IMG/VR virus record: IMGVR_UViG_3300014204_000165
Span: 1 to 64,000 of that record
DNA length: 64,000 bases
Source of the DNA: a virus
Lineage: Duplodnaviria > Caudoviricetes
Strand: one strand, 5' to 3'
The notes under the pieces were generated by a model, which did not search any database, was not told where the DNA came from, and saw nothing but the letters and a program-made list of their open reading frames with translations. Shown piece by piece: positions 1 through 9,398 of this stretch (within the stretch, counting starts at the first letter, position 1; the number at the start of each line of letters is the position of its first letter). A program made the position numbers and the translations under genes.

Positions 1-338
1 AGGCTGTCATATCTGTTCTTTCCTTTGAACCTCGGATAACCAGGTTCTTCTTCGCCTGATTGAACTCTTCGGAAGAATGCACTGAAGGCAAGGTTTACCC
101 TGAGAACAACATCTTGCAATACCTGAGAATGGACCGATCGTAGTTCAGGTTTGGATTCTTTCCAGATAGGCAGCATCTTCTTAGATGCAAAGTAACTTAT
201 TGATTTACCTTCTTGTTCAAAGGAGTTCTTTCGCATCGCAAGAGTTTCGTTATAGACCCACCGGCAAAGCTCTAGCTGCTCATTCAGCTTGGTTACTTGA
301 GCCTTTGTTGGCTTGAGTCTATATCGAAACACTCTCAT
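1..338 (-). CDS. tnpB: IS200/IS605-family TnpB (RNA-guided endonuclease), 5' part; runs off the left edge
   Basis: Not in the ORF track. Manual translation from ATG 338 (SD AAGGTGA upstream): MRVFRYRLKPTKAQVTKLNEQLELCRWVYNETLAMRK...ELRSVHSQVLQDVVLRVNLAFSAFFRRVQSGEEEPGYPRFKGKNRYDS, the classic TnpB N-terminus (HTH, then SQVLQ, then GYPRFK). Confidence 0.93.
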   Translation of the reverse strand, partial: MRVFRYRLKPTKAQVTKLNEQLELCRWVYNETLAMRKNSFEQEGKSISYFASKKMLPIWKESKPELRSVHSQVLQDVVLRVNLAFSAFFRRVQSGEEEPGYPRFKGKNRYDS

Positions 339-531
339 TTGTTTATTTCACCTTTTGTATTGTGATATTAAATTACATCTTTCGTTTGTATAACTTAAGA
401 TGAGTGATCATTTACATCGACACGTTTGTCAATGGACATTTGTAATTTAAAATCACTGGTATGTGATCCCAAACCATTATTAGTTATCTAGTCACCATTA
501 GTTAATATACCTTTTGGTAGGTACGGGCTGT

Positions 532-556
532 ATCCCGCCTCTGAAGAAGCAGGGAT
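532..556. mobile_element. IS200/IS605-type subterminal hairpin (probable left end of the tnpB element)
   Basis: Imperfect palindrome ATCCCGCCTCTGAAGAAGCAGGGAT about 200 bp upstream of tnpB, abutting the stop codon of the HNH ORF; no tnpA is present between them. Confidence 0.6.
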
Positions 557-765
557 TAGACCTGATTTCGTCCTAACCTTTTCCAATAGAATTTTTCTGG
601 GCAGAACCTCCTATGAAACTTTTCATGGCACTTTTGGCATAAGAACATTTCATTTGAGATGGTGTGGACAAATTCATATTTCATGAGTCTTATTAATCCA
701 ATCGGAATAATATGGTGTTTCTGAACATCTTTTGTTGAATGACACTTCTCACAAAAGCGGAACAT
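556..765 (-). CDS. small HNH endonuclease-like protein
   Basis: CEKC...HHIIP...LCQKCHEKFH is a Zn-binding HNH signature. Confidence 0.7.
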   Translation of the reverse strand: MFRFCEKCHSTKDVQKHHIIPIGLIRLMKYEFVHTISNEMFLCQKCHEKFHRRFCPEKFYWKRLGRNQV

Positions 766-774
766 TCTAACACC

Positions 775-1098
775 TCAAAAGATTGCTATGAGGTCGTCTT
801 CTAAGTTTAGCCTAAAGTAATTCTTATTGGATAATATGTTATTAAATTCTTTTATACTTAATTCATTATATCTTGGATTCTGGATTATCGCGGTTGTTCT
901 CATGATAAGTTCTTCCAAAAATAATCCTCTTAAAGTGTTTAGGATATCTGGAACCTCATCTACGGATTGTGCATGCAATTCCTGATAAAGGATGCATGGC
1001 TTCGGACACATATCACAATCACATTCTGAAAGACTAAAACAATCTCTAAGCAAAGGTAAAATTAAATTATCAAAACGACCTTGATCAATACGATTCAC
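775..1098 (-). CDS. hypothetical protein
   Basis: 107-aa ORF downstream of a consensus promoter at about 1132-1148. Confidence 0.55.
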   Translation of the reverse strand: MNRIDQGRFDNLILPLLRDCFSLSECDCDMCPKPCILYQELHAQSVDEVPDILNTLRGLFLEELIMRTTAIIQNPRYNELSIKEFNNILSNKNYFRLNLEDDLIAIF

Positions 1099-1150
1099 TT
1101 AATCAACTCCTTGTTAAAAAGATATTTTTAAGTATAAAAAGGTTTTGGTT

Positions 1151-1513
1151 TTAAGTGGCGGCATTCGCAGCAGCACTCAGAATTTTATCAATTACGACAT
1201 ACTCCGGAGCACCAATGCTCATAATAGGACCATGTAACAACAGGAAAGATATACCATAAGCAACTATCAATGTTACTATGATTCCAAAGCCGACTATTGC
1301 ATATGCACCATCATCATGCTGTTCTTTCGCCCAACCAAACATCTTCTTAGCGATAATAACCGTAGCAACAATTGCAATTATACTAATTAGGAGACTTGCC
1401 GCGCCCTCAATTACCGTGCCTTTTACAGCAACTTCATAACTATAGGTCGATACATTTCCTGCTGTATTGATAAGCCCATGCAGGACATTCATTTCTTCTG
1501 TTGACAATACCAC
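1151..1513 (-). CDS. membrane protein (2 predicted TM segments)
   Basis: Two long hydrophobic stretches; promoter-like CCAAAAACTATTTAAA upstream. Confidence 0.6.
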   Translation of the reverse strand: MVLSTEEMNVLHGLINTAGNVSTYSYEVAVKGTVIEGAASLLISIIAIVATVIIAKKMFGWAKEQHDDGAYAIVGFGIIVTLIVAYGISFLLLHGPIMSIGAPEYVVIDKILSAAANAAT

Positions 1514-1800
1514 AACTTTTCACCAAACTTACTATAGGTTTTCTTGTTTAAATAGTTTTTGGTATATGTGCATACATATTATGAATAGAATGCCAACCTA
1601 CAGAACCATCTCCAAATACAATGAGTGCTTGAGTGGCACGGATATCTTTAACTATACCATGAATTCGACTATCAAAATCAATTGCTTGACCAATGGAAGG
1701 AGGAGTAAGCATAATACTAGGTTATACTGGATATTTATATAGTTTTTGGTTCCAATCTTAAACCAAAACATATAAATATAGAAAGCATTAATTTGGTATT

Positions 1801-1971
1801 ATGAAAAAAGAAGTAATCCTAACGGCTACAGTCACAGCAGTTGCCACTATTTTTGTGGATGCCAAGTCCACTGAGGACGCCGAGGAAATTGCCCAGGCAA
1901 TTGTGAATCAAGACGACTTTGAAGTTGTCTATGTTAACCATATTGACAATTGTGAGGTTAAACATGTTTGA
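1801..1971 (+). CDS. small acidic hypothetical protein (56 aa)
   Basis: Manual translation MKKEVILTATVTAVATIFVDAKSTEDAEEIAQAIVNQDDFEVVYVNHIDNCEVKHV; promoter CCAAAACATATAAATA at 1763; its stop overlaps the ligase start. Confidence 0.6.
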   Translation: MKKEVILTATVTAVATIFVDAKSTEDAEEIAQAIVNQDDFEVVYVNHIDNCEVKHV

Positions 1972-2542
1972 TAAAATTAACTCAATGACCAAATATCCAA
2001 GTATCTTGACGTATCATGTGATGGGTGATAAAGGTAGACTCCAAGATAAAGTACAAGTTGTTTTTAATGATTATGTCATCAAAAGGGAGAAAATTGATGG
2101 TGTTAATAGTCGCGTAATTATGTTTCCTTACGGATTTTACATAATTGGTTCTCGGGAAGAATTACTATACGCTAAGGGAGACCTTATCGAAAATCCAACA
2201 CTTGGTATCGTGAAGACTTTGAAGCCAATAGCTGAAAAACTAATAGGAGGCACAGTACCCCTTGTCTATTACTTTGAAGTTTTTGGTGGTAATGCTAGCA
2301 AGAACAGCAAGCAATATACCAGTATAAAAATATTGAGTTGCCGATTATTTGATATTGCCAAGATATCAAATTACGAGGAACTCCTTGAAATGTCTGTAGA
2401 ACAGATTGTACATTGGCGGGATAATGGTGGTCAATTATTCTATAATGAGGAAGAATTATCACCTAGTTTTCTTATTATAACTATCTATTTAAATACTTTT
2501 TGGTTAGTTATTATTTTTGTAAGCAAGTCTTTGAAAATTTAA
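1964..2542 (+). pseudogene. RNA ligase-family nucleotidyltransferase, apparently C-terminally truncated
   Basis: Start ATG 1964 with SD TGAGGT. Motif I EKIDG, motif III YFEVFG and motif IIIa LFDI are present; no EGxV (IV) or terminal Lys (V) motif; low-complexity AT-rich tail after about 2460. Confidence 0.65.
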
Positions 2543-3776
2543 GCATATCCTTAATAACTTTATCTGTATATAAAAATTTACTGCCAACATTTTCGATATC
2601 AAATGAAATACCTATATCAATACAACGTTCCATGTATATAATATCAGGTAACCATATTATATTAAGATTTATATTTTTATAAGAATTGAAGAATGTTATC
2701 ATTTTTAATTCATTCTTTAAATCAAGCCATCCTTTAACCTCCCAATAGATATCATAATCTAATAAATAAAAATCTGGATGATATGATGTTTGAATATCTG
2801 GTAAATAAAAAGTCATGCATTCATAATTCCAATTAATTCCTAACTTATCAAGAATTATTGCAACTCGAACTTCATATGATGATCGTAAATATATATCATT
2901 TCCATGTAATGGTGTATAATAACTACCATTATATCCATTTGAACCACAAGGAGCAACTCTACCATACATAGGGCTATTAATACCAGTCATTCTTTTCCTA
3001 TATTTTTCATTTTCCCATTGTAAAGTTGTTGATCTTACATGAATATCTCTAAACTCTTTGTTTTTCCATAATTCAGTTGCAATAATAGAATGTTTTTCTT
3101 TTGTTTCCGGAGTATTGTTAGCAATCCGTATTTTTTCTATTTGTTGTTCACGCCAGTTAATATTTAACCAACGCTCCTTAGATGCTTTTCCTATTCTTGA
3201 TAAAACTTCTGGTTTGTTATGTGATTCAATTGATTTTCTTCTCCATTCAGGATCTTGCCATAATAATATATGACTTTCTGAATTCTTGCGTATTATTTCA
3301 GGATCTTTTGCAAGTTCTTTTCCTCTTTTGGACTTTGCCATTATAACTTCCGGTCTGTTATTTGCTATTGTTATACTTTTTGTTACTTTATCCCGCCAGA
3401 CCGGATCACGCCATAATTCTTTTGTTTTTTCTGAATTCTTGCGTATTATTTCAGGAGAATTCATTATTTCATGATGTCTTTCTCGAAACCCGGGTCGTTG
3501 CCACATTTTCTTGCTGTTAACGGATCTTGATTCTGATAATGCCGCTATCCTTTCATCGATTTCTTTTGTTAATCCTTTATTCCAGGGTATGCATCCCTTT
3601 CTACCAAATCCATTTGATGGTATTCCAAACCTCTTAACATATACACTAACCGTGCCACTATAAATACCGTTTTCCTTAGCAATTCTTGCATATGACTTTT
3701 GTTTTACAACATATTCCTCATACAAAAATTCGTATGTTAGTAATTTTTCAATTTCATTGTGAGTTAATAATCTCAT
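2511..3776 (-). CDS. putative homing endonuclease: HTH + NUMOD3-like repeats + C-terminal PD-(D/E)xK domain
   Basis: N-terminal HTH (KSYARIAKENGIYSGTV), PWNKG motif, repeated W-x-D/N-P/E-x-x-R units, C-terminal RSSYE...YHPDFYL...WEVKG. Confidence 0.75.
   Translation of the reverse strand: MRLLTHNEIEKLLTYEFLYEEYVVKQKSYARIAKENGIYSGTVSVYVKRFGIPSNGFGRKGCIPWNKGLTKEIDERIAALSESRSVNSKKMWQRPGFRERHHEIMNSPEIIRKNSEKTKELWRDPVWRDKVTKSITIANNRPEVIMAKSKRGKELAKDPEIIRKNSESHILLWQDPEWRRKSIESHNKPEVLSRIGKASKERWLNINWREQQIEKIRIANNTPETKEKHSIIATELWKNKEFRDIHVRSTTLQWENEKYRKRMTGINSPMYGRVAPCGSNGYNGSYYTPLHGNDIYLRSSYEVRVAIILDKLGINWNYECMTFYLPDIQTSYHPDFYLLDYDIYWEVKGWLDLKNELKMITFFNSYKNINLNIIWLPDIIYMERCIDIGISFDIENVGSKFLYTDKVIKDMLKFSKTCLQK
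3276..3457. repeat. 29-bp exact direct repeat (two copies) inside the endonuclease gene
   Basis: TTTCTGAATTCTTGCGTATTATTTCAGGA at about 3276 and about 3428, encoding PEIIRKNSE twice. Confidence 0.85.
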
Positions 3777-3806
3777 ATTACATTCATCCTGTAAAAAATA
3801 TTAAAT

Positions 3807-5423
3807 CTATATTATAATTAATGCTTGTTTAAACCAATCTTGGAATAAATGTTTGTTTCTATTATATAAATAATAAAATGAAGAATCCAGAATATACGTG
3901 AGCGAGAAATCATCAGGACTTCTAGTCGTTCTACCACATGCCTGTTGTACTGATACTATAGTACTTTTGAGGTACCATTGTTGGCTGTCTAAGGCATTCC
4001 TTTTGGTTACCCATGTGTCACCAAAATTAGGAAACGGAATTTTTCCAATCAAATTCAATGGATATTCCGGACCGTCACAAGAAATTCCCTTTTCGTAATT
4101 TACACTAAGAAATATACAATCATCTGATTTTTGCCAGTCGGTTAGTGCCTTTTCTCGATAACCTTGTTCTTGGCAGATTACATTATTGTGTAGGTTACAA
4201 AGATGTTCATCTAGTAATCTAGCAACAAGGTAAGATCCACAGTGTACTAGAGTATGTTTACTAAAGGTTTTATGGAGTTCTGCGATTCTTTGTGCCATTG
4301 GACGGGCCGTAACCTCCCGGCTAGCCAAGTTCATCGAACCAACTGGCTCATAATAAATAAGACGTCGATCAACTGGAATAGGATGCTCAACTTTAACTTC
4401 AGAGGATTTACTTGTGACCAATTCTGTTGTTGGTGTACCACTTGCTAATACAATACAGTCCAAGTTGGCTATGAGATCTCCAAAACAAACATGCGAATCC
4501 AAGAGTTTGAAATAAGGAATTGGCTTTGGTACTTTCTTCATGAGCATAGGCTCATAGGTTTCCTCGATGTCTACAGTTAGGACATAAGGTACCTCAAGTT
4601 TGAGGTATCTCAGAGCATGTCCACATGCCGTTTCCATTCGATGATAGTGATTATATTCGTGTTGGATATTTTTTAGGTGTTTTATTTCTGAACTTGTTGG
4701 TCGTCTACCCGACTTAAAGCATTCACTTCGATATTCCTTGCACTGTTTAGAAAGGTGGCCAACAGTAAGTTGAAGTTCGTCACTGCGCTTTTGTAAGTGA
4801 GACTTAACATCAAAATTAGAAAGGTATTTTTGTAAATCAGTGACTTGATCCTTGATATTTCGCTGTTTGGTAATTGATTTTAAATCTAAATTTAACTCAA
4901 TAGTTGCTTTTTTAAGGAGTTCGCCTTCCAAATCAGATGATTCATCCACAAGAAGGACAGAAGTTTCCATGAAAATGGAAGGATCTGTGCTATAACGGGA
5001 AAATGTTGTTGCGCCAAATTTCGCTTGTTTATATCTAGCCTTCGCTAACCTATGTGGACAGTCTTTACATATAGAGAAGCCTTCCTCTTTGCTAGTAAAC
5101 GGACATTCATCCGCACAGATATCCTTTATGGCTAAACATGGATAATTACCTTTACCAACAAGTTTCGGAAGATCGAAGAGGTTCCCCTCAGAAATCAATG
5201 CTACTTGGGGAGAAGTAAAAGTTATATTTTCCAAATTATACTCCTTTTCAAATATTCTACCAAGGACATATAGCATTGTTCCTTTTCCACTTGCCGTGGG
5301 CGAATTTAGCGTTATAATTTTTTTATCATTATCGTATAATTTAAGCATGTCCAGGATTGCTTTTTCCTGACCTTGCCGGAATTGTTTATTTTTATGTGGA
5401 TTATATTTAAAAAGATTTAACAA
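3807..5423 (-). CDS. XPD/Rad3/DinG-family SF2 DNA helicase
   Basis: Walker A SPTASGKG, Cys cluster (C..C...C...C.H), LLVDES, LASGT, motif VI QQACGRTTRSPDD. Confidence 0.88.
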   Translation of the reverse strand: MLNLFKYNPHKNKQFRQGQEKAILDMLKLYDNDKKIITLNSPTASGKGTMLYVLGRIFEKEYNLENITFTSPQVALISEGNLFDLPKLVGKGNYPCLAIKDICADECPFTSKEEGFSICKDCPHRLAKARYKQAKFGATTFSRYSTDPSIFMETSVLLVDESSDLEGELLKKATIELNLDLKSITKQRNIKDQVTDLQKYLSNFDVKSHLQKRSDELQLTVGHLSKQCKEYRSECFKSGRRPTSSEIKHLKNIQHEYNHYHRMETACGHALRYLKLEVPYVLTVDIEETYEPMLMKKVPKPIPYFKLLDSHVCFGDLIANLDCIVLASGTPTTELVTSKSSEVKVEHPIPVDRRLIYYEPVGSMNLASREVTARPMAQRIAELHKTFSKHTLVHCGSYLVARLLDEHLCNLHNNVICQEQGYREKALTDWQKSDDCIFLSVNYEKGISCDGPEYPLNLIGKIPFPNFGDTWVTKRNALDSQQWYLKSTIVSVQQACGRTTRSPDDFSLTYILDSSFYYLYNRNKHLFQDWFKQALIII

Positions 5424-5432
5424 AATGTCACC

Positions 5433-5834
5433 TCAATAAAGCATACCATTTTCTTTTCGTATGATTCTAATAGTGTTAACTATTCCTTTTGCCTTATTCT
5501 CTAATTCAACTTTACAACAATAAGAAAGACATAAGCAACTGCGATTTTTCCTTGGCAATTTACAACAATGTTTCTTGATATCAAAGAATCCATATTTTTT
5601 ACTAAACCCATATGATTTCTTAAGTTTAATAAGTTGTTCTTGTGCAACCGGATTATCATATAATGAAAAACCATCGAAGTATCCATCAGTATGTGCACAG
5701 TTCAAACAACACCCTACCTCCTTTTGTTTAGGACAACTGGAACATGTAGTTTTATTAAATTCTTTAAACATAATTTCATTTATTTCATATGCTAGTTTTA
5801 ACATTTCGTTATCTTCTTTTGATATTTCTTTCAT
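5433..5834 (-). CDS. Cys-rich hypothetical protein
   Basis: CSSC, CCLNC, CCKL...CLCLSYCC. Confidence 0.6.
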   Translation of the reverse strand: MKEISKEDNEMLKLAYEINEIMFKEFNKTTCSSCPKQKEVGCCLNCAHTDGYFDGFSLYDNPVAQEQLIKLKKSYGFSKKYGFFDIKKHCCKLPRKNRSCLCLSYCCKVELENKAKGIVNTIRIIRKENGMLY

Positions 5835-5843
5835 AATATCACC

Positions 5844-6272
5844 TCATTGATTTATATATTTATTCCAATACTTCTTGAACTCACTATCGGATAGTGTTTC
5901 CAACCACTTTCTGATACCTAATGGCTTCTTACAAGTCGCTCTATAATCCAGATAGATTTGAGCAAGTCCCGATTCAATCTGTTCGCGACCCGGCATGCAG
6001 CCATGCGTCTCGATACAGATAGGTCCTACTCCTCTTATCCTACTTAGGCTATTGTCCAGTTTCTTTCCACACCAATAACATCGAACTAAACCATCTCCTT
6101 TTGGCTTGTGAATTACACTGAGTGGACGTCCCTGTGTCTTTAATGCAAGATACTGGTTGTTCTGCCAGCGGCTCGTCTTAAAGTCATGCAAGATTAGCGC
6201 CTTATGTTGCTCACTGGGTGCCTTCACCAAGGCATCATGAAGATTCACTAAGGAAATAGGTACTTCTAACAT
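5844..6272 (-). CDS. DUF6011-like Zn-finger protein
   Basis: CYWCGKKLDNSLSRIRGVGPIC matches the CxxCG+xLxxxxSxxRGxGPxC pattern. Confidence 0.7.
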   Translation of the reverse strand: MLEVPISLVNLHDALVKAPSEQHKALILHDFKTSRWQNNQYLALKTQGRPLSVIHKPKGDGLVRCYWCGKKLDNSLSRIRGVGPICIETHGCMPGREQIESGLAQIYLDYRATCKKPLGIRKWLETLSDSEFKKYWNKYINQ

Positions 6273-6320
6273 ACTAAGTACTATGTGCTTTTAGAATAAA
6301 TAAGTTTTGGTCCAAAATAT

Positions 6321-6551
6321 TTATAAATCCGTGTCCCATTTTTTATCTAGTGGATGTAATATAATTACTGATATAATAAATCCAATTACAATTACAAATA
6401 TTGCAAAAGGAACATTCAATCCAGGATAATTATCAAGTATTTCACCAATGGGTTTTATACTATACAAACATGCACCTAATGAGAATATTATAAATATTAT
6501 AATAAAACCAAATACAGATACTTTTAGTGTTTCACTTCTCATGATCGACAT
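6321..6551 (-). CDS. small membrane protein
   Basis: Two hydrophobic segments. Confidence 0.55.
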   Translation of the reverse strand: MSIMRSETLKVSVFGFIIIFIIFSLGACLYSIKPIGEILDNYPGLNVPFAIFVIVIGFIISVIILHPLDKKWDTDL

Positions 6552-6580
6552 TATGTTTCTCCTTGTAAAAAGGAAGAATA

Positions 6581-6967
6581 CTAGAGGTCTTCTAGCATCT
6601 TGGTCAGTTCGTCTAAGGACTTCGCCTTCAGGTCCATGTCCTGCTTCTCGGACATTATGGCTAGGATCTTTTGCTTTTTACCAGCCCGCTCGACTTCTGC
6701 TTTTCTGATAGCCATCTCATTGAGTTTGACGTCTACAATATGTCGAATGATGGCTACTTGAAGTTCGAGATCTGTGGCAGATTTCTCTTTGGGACCAAGA
6801 AGGCTATCTTCTTTTTCGGCCTTGAGTTTGGCATTTACTCCTTTGTATAGTCTATCCAGTTCCTGAACAGACAAGTCCCAAAGATCTTCAACAGATACTA
6901 CACCTTTATATGGAAACCGGAGTTTCATACGGCTTGCTAATTCAAACATATTCATATTAATATTCAT
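6581..6967 (-). CDS. conserved phage coiled-coil hypothetical protein
   Basis: MFELASRMKLRFP.KG.VSVEDLWDL N-terminus, recognised from memory of large-phage proteins; coupled to the upstream 682-aa gene. Confidence 0.6.
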   Translation of the reverse strand: MNINMNMFELASRMKLRFPYKGVVSVEDLWDLSVQELDRLYKGVNAKLKAEKEDSLLGPKEKSATDLELQVAIIRHIVDVKLNEMAIRKAEVERAGKKQKILAIMSEKQDMDLKAKSLDELTKMLEDL

Positions 6968-6980
6968 TGATATACCTCGT

Positions 6981-9029
6981 TTAGAATGTTACCTTTAGTA
7001 CTCGCGATATGCTACCCCTAACTTTAACTATGATCGAATTCCTCTGAGTGGAACTAAATCCCAATCCAGACAACTGATCTTCAGATTGTTCTACTTTCAT
7101 TTTACTACCCAGCGCCTCAAAGACTCGTTTGTGCTCAATTAACTCATTCTTTATATACTCATTAAAGAAGCCATTTGGGCTTTCCGAGTTCTGGCATCCT
7201 TTCAGCATGAAGAAGAAATGTCTGTTCCCGATGCCGTCTTGGCCGTCCCAATAATTCGGGCTCATCATTACGACCTGCACTGGATGGAACTGGTTAGTGT
7301 CAAGTTCCCAGAGTTTTCGTGAGGACATGCTTCCCGAGATTTTTTCAACTATCGAGAAGCCATTCTTTCTACTATAAGTGACTTCAGCAACTTGGACCCT
7401 TTCACTTTGCCTGAGTTCCTTGTTGTAAGCAAAGGAATGAATTTGGCCATTAAATTCTACTTCTGCTGAGAATCCAGATCTTCCTCCATTATGACGGAAG
7501 TTATGGATAAACATCTTGTAGATGCCTTCCGGCATTCTGGACAGATCACTCCATGTAATATTCTCAACGGCTACTCCGTCCTTAGTTTGGCGCGACGGTT
7601 GAACAATATCCACATCAAGGATGCCAGAAGAACGGTGCACTCTTGCTTTATTCATGAAGAAGATTTCATTTCCAGTAGGTTCAATGCAGTGAGCATCAAA
7701 GTCGTTTTCGTTGTCGTGGTTGTCATTCCACTGGATGCTAAACCGTAGGACACCATCTACTGAGCCACCTGCGGCTTTGACTCGCTGTTTCATGCTATCT
7801 GTAATGTTTCCAGTGTATGCCCACGAGAATGCGTTATTCCACTTAAATATGCTCGGGGCAGCACTGTCCTTGGGAGCAATTAGACTGACCAGATTCGGAA
7901 CATGTTTATTCTCAAGCAGAACTTCAATCTCGCTGGCCATTGGTAGGATGTCTGAGACAAATTTTCCGATTGGGACTTCTTCAATCTTACTAAAGTTCTT
8001 GGGCGAGATGTTCTGTTCACGTGCAAGTTCCGTGAAGACATTACCAGTTAGTTTTTGGACAGTATCACGATTAGCAAACAGAATATTATTCACGGTAATA
8101 TCGTCTAACTTGGCATATCTCCTGCCAAGTGACTCCATATAGCCAAGTTTTGTAATGGTTTGTTCGGCGTCCTTAAGCATCTTCGCGGTGAAGATGGCTT
8201 TGGGCCGTTTATAACTACTTGGTGCAACTATTTTCTCATAGCGCCTAACTGCTTCATCTAAGTCCATCCCTTTGGAAATATCAACCAAGAGCACTCCAAT
8301 AGAGTGATTCCTGATTTTTCCAATGACTGGACCTGCTACTATAGATTGCTCCCATATGTAATTTTCTTGATCAGTAGGGGATAACTTGGAATAAACCTTT
8401 TGATGCCGTTGGAACGTTTCAAGGACAGTCTTCCACTCTTCTCCCTTATAAAGACTGTTCTGTGCAATTAGTTCTAATACCGAGGATACAGCCTCGCTGG
8501 ATATCTCTTCAAGGGATCTCTTAAATACGTTCCTAAGATCTCTGGCTCTACCACGTACCGTGTCAAGCGTTCCCTTTGTTGTTTTGAATTGGTTAGGAAG
8601 TGTTACATGGAAGTGTTCCCAGGTGACCACGCTACCGGATTCCACTTGCTCGAAGTTCTTTTCGACTCCAATTTGGACAGTATCTGTTACAAAGACATTA
8701 CAAACCTTATGGGACTTAACAAACTCAGACATTGCCTTTATGACAGAATCATATCGGGAGCCTGGCATATCAAAGTCCCAGATAGAAGTCACTACATTGT
8801 TTTTGACTGTGACTACGTTACCGAAGGCTTTGATAAAGTGTCTACAAGCCGAGCAATCATGCTCCGTTCTTATCCGGAACATTGGATTTGAGCCTATAGG
8901 AAAACTCTTGAGATATGTTTCCCAGAGCTTATCTTTGTCAAGATCTACTACAAATAAGGTCGTGGTGTCCTTGAGCATACTGGATACTTGTTTTTCCAGT
9001 CCTTTTTGAAGATCTATAAAGTTGTTCAT
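6981..9029 (-). CDS. large conserved phage hypothetical protein with a central beta-rich domain (LRFSIQW...DFDAHC...LDVD...VENI)
   Basis: 682-aa ORF with SD AGGTGA; the LDVD/ENI segment resembles YfaP/DUF2135-like domains. Confidence 0.6.
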   Translation of the reverse strand: MNNFIDLQKGLEKQVSSMLKDTTTLFVVDLDKDKLWETYLKSFPIGSNPMFRIRTEHDCSACRHFIKAFGNVVTVKNNVVTSIWDFDMPGSRYDSVIKAMSEFVKSHKVCNVFVTDTVQIGVEKNFEQVESGSVVTWEHFHVTLPNQFKTTKGTLDTVRGRARDLRNVFKRSLEEISSEAVSSVLELIAQNSLYKGEEWKTVLETFQRHQKVYSKLSPTDQENYIWEQSIVAGPVIGKIRNHSIGVLLVDISKGMDLDEAVRRYEKIVAPSSYKRPKAIFTAKMLKDAEQTITKLGYMESLGRRYAKLDDITVNNILFANRDTVQKLTGNVFTELAREQNISPKNFSKIEEVPIGKFVSDILPMASEIEVLLENKHVPNLVSLIAPKDSAAPSIFKWNNAFSWAYTGNITDSMKQRVKAAGGSVDGVLRFSIQWNDNHDNENDFDAHCIEPTGNEIFFMNKARVHRSSGILDVDIVQPSRQTKDGVAVENITWSDLSRMPEGIYKMFIHNFRHNGGRSGFSAEVEFNGQIHSFAYNKELRQSERVQVAEVTYSRKNGFSIVEKISGSMSSRKLWELDTNQFHPVQVVMMSPNYWDGQDGIGNRHFFFMLKGCQNSESPNGFFNEYIKNELIEHKRVFEALGSKMKVEQSEDQLSGLGFSSTQRNSIIVKVRGSISRVLKVTF

Positions 9030-9077
9030 TTTATCACCTACTTTACTTGTTCACTTGTCCTTATAAATACATTTTGG

Positions 9078-9398
9078 TCATCTAGTTTCTCGATACATCC
9101 AGTCAACTGCTTCCTGGAAGGTATCGAATTGGTAAATATCGGCACCGCTATTAATTACCTTTTCTATTAAGGTTAACGGATTTTGGTACGCTCCTCCGAA
9201 GTCATTGCACCATAAAGTTGGATATATTTCCACTTCTGATAAACAATACATATAATATCTATTATCAGAATATCTTTCTAATCTTCCAAAACATCCAGAA
9301 TGTTTTATAAAAATAAACTTATTATGGACATCTACGTCCCGGAAATTGATCATCCGTTCTCCACTTAGGTTAGTAGTACCTGTTATGATACGTTGCAT
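9078..9398 (-). CDS. hypothetical protein
   Basis: 106 aa; C-terminal YQFDTFQE resembles the tail of the LNPDG paralog family. Confidence 0.55.
   Translation of the reverse strand: MQRIITGTTNLSGERMINFRDVDVHNKFIFIKHSGCFGRLERYSDNRYYMYCLSEVEIYPTLWCNDFGGAYQNPLTLIEKVINSGADIYQFDTFQEAVDWMYRETR

Noticed and set aside
7491-9170. Plus-strand ORFs antisense to the 682-aa gene (also those opposite the sheath, TMP, helicases and tail fiber)
   Set aside because: They are shadow ORFs of well-supported genes, without SD, promoter or recognisable motifs.
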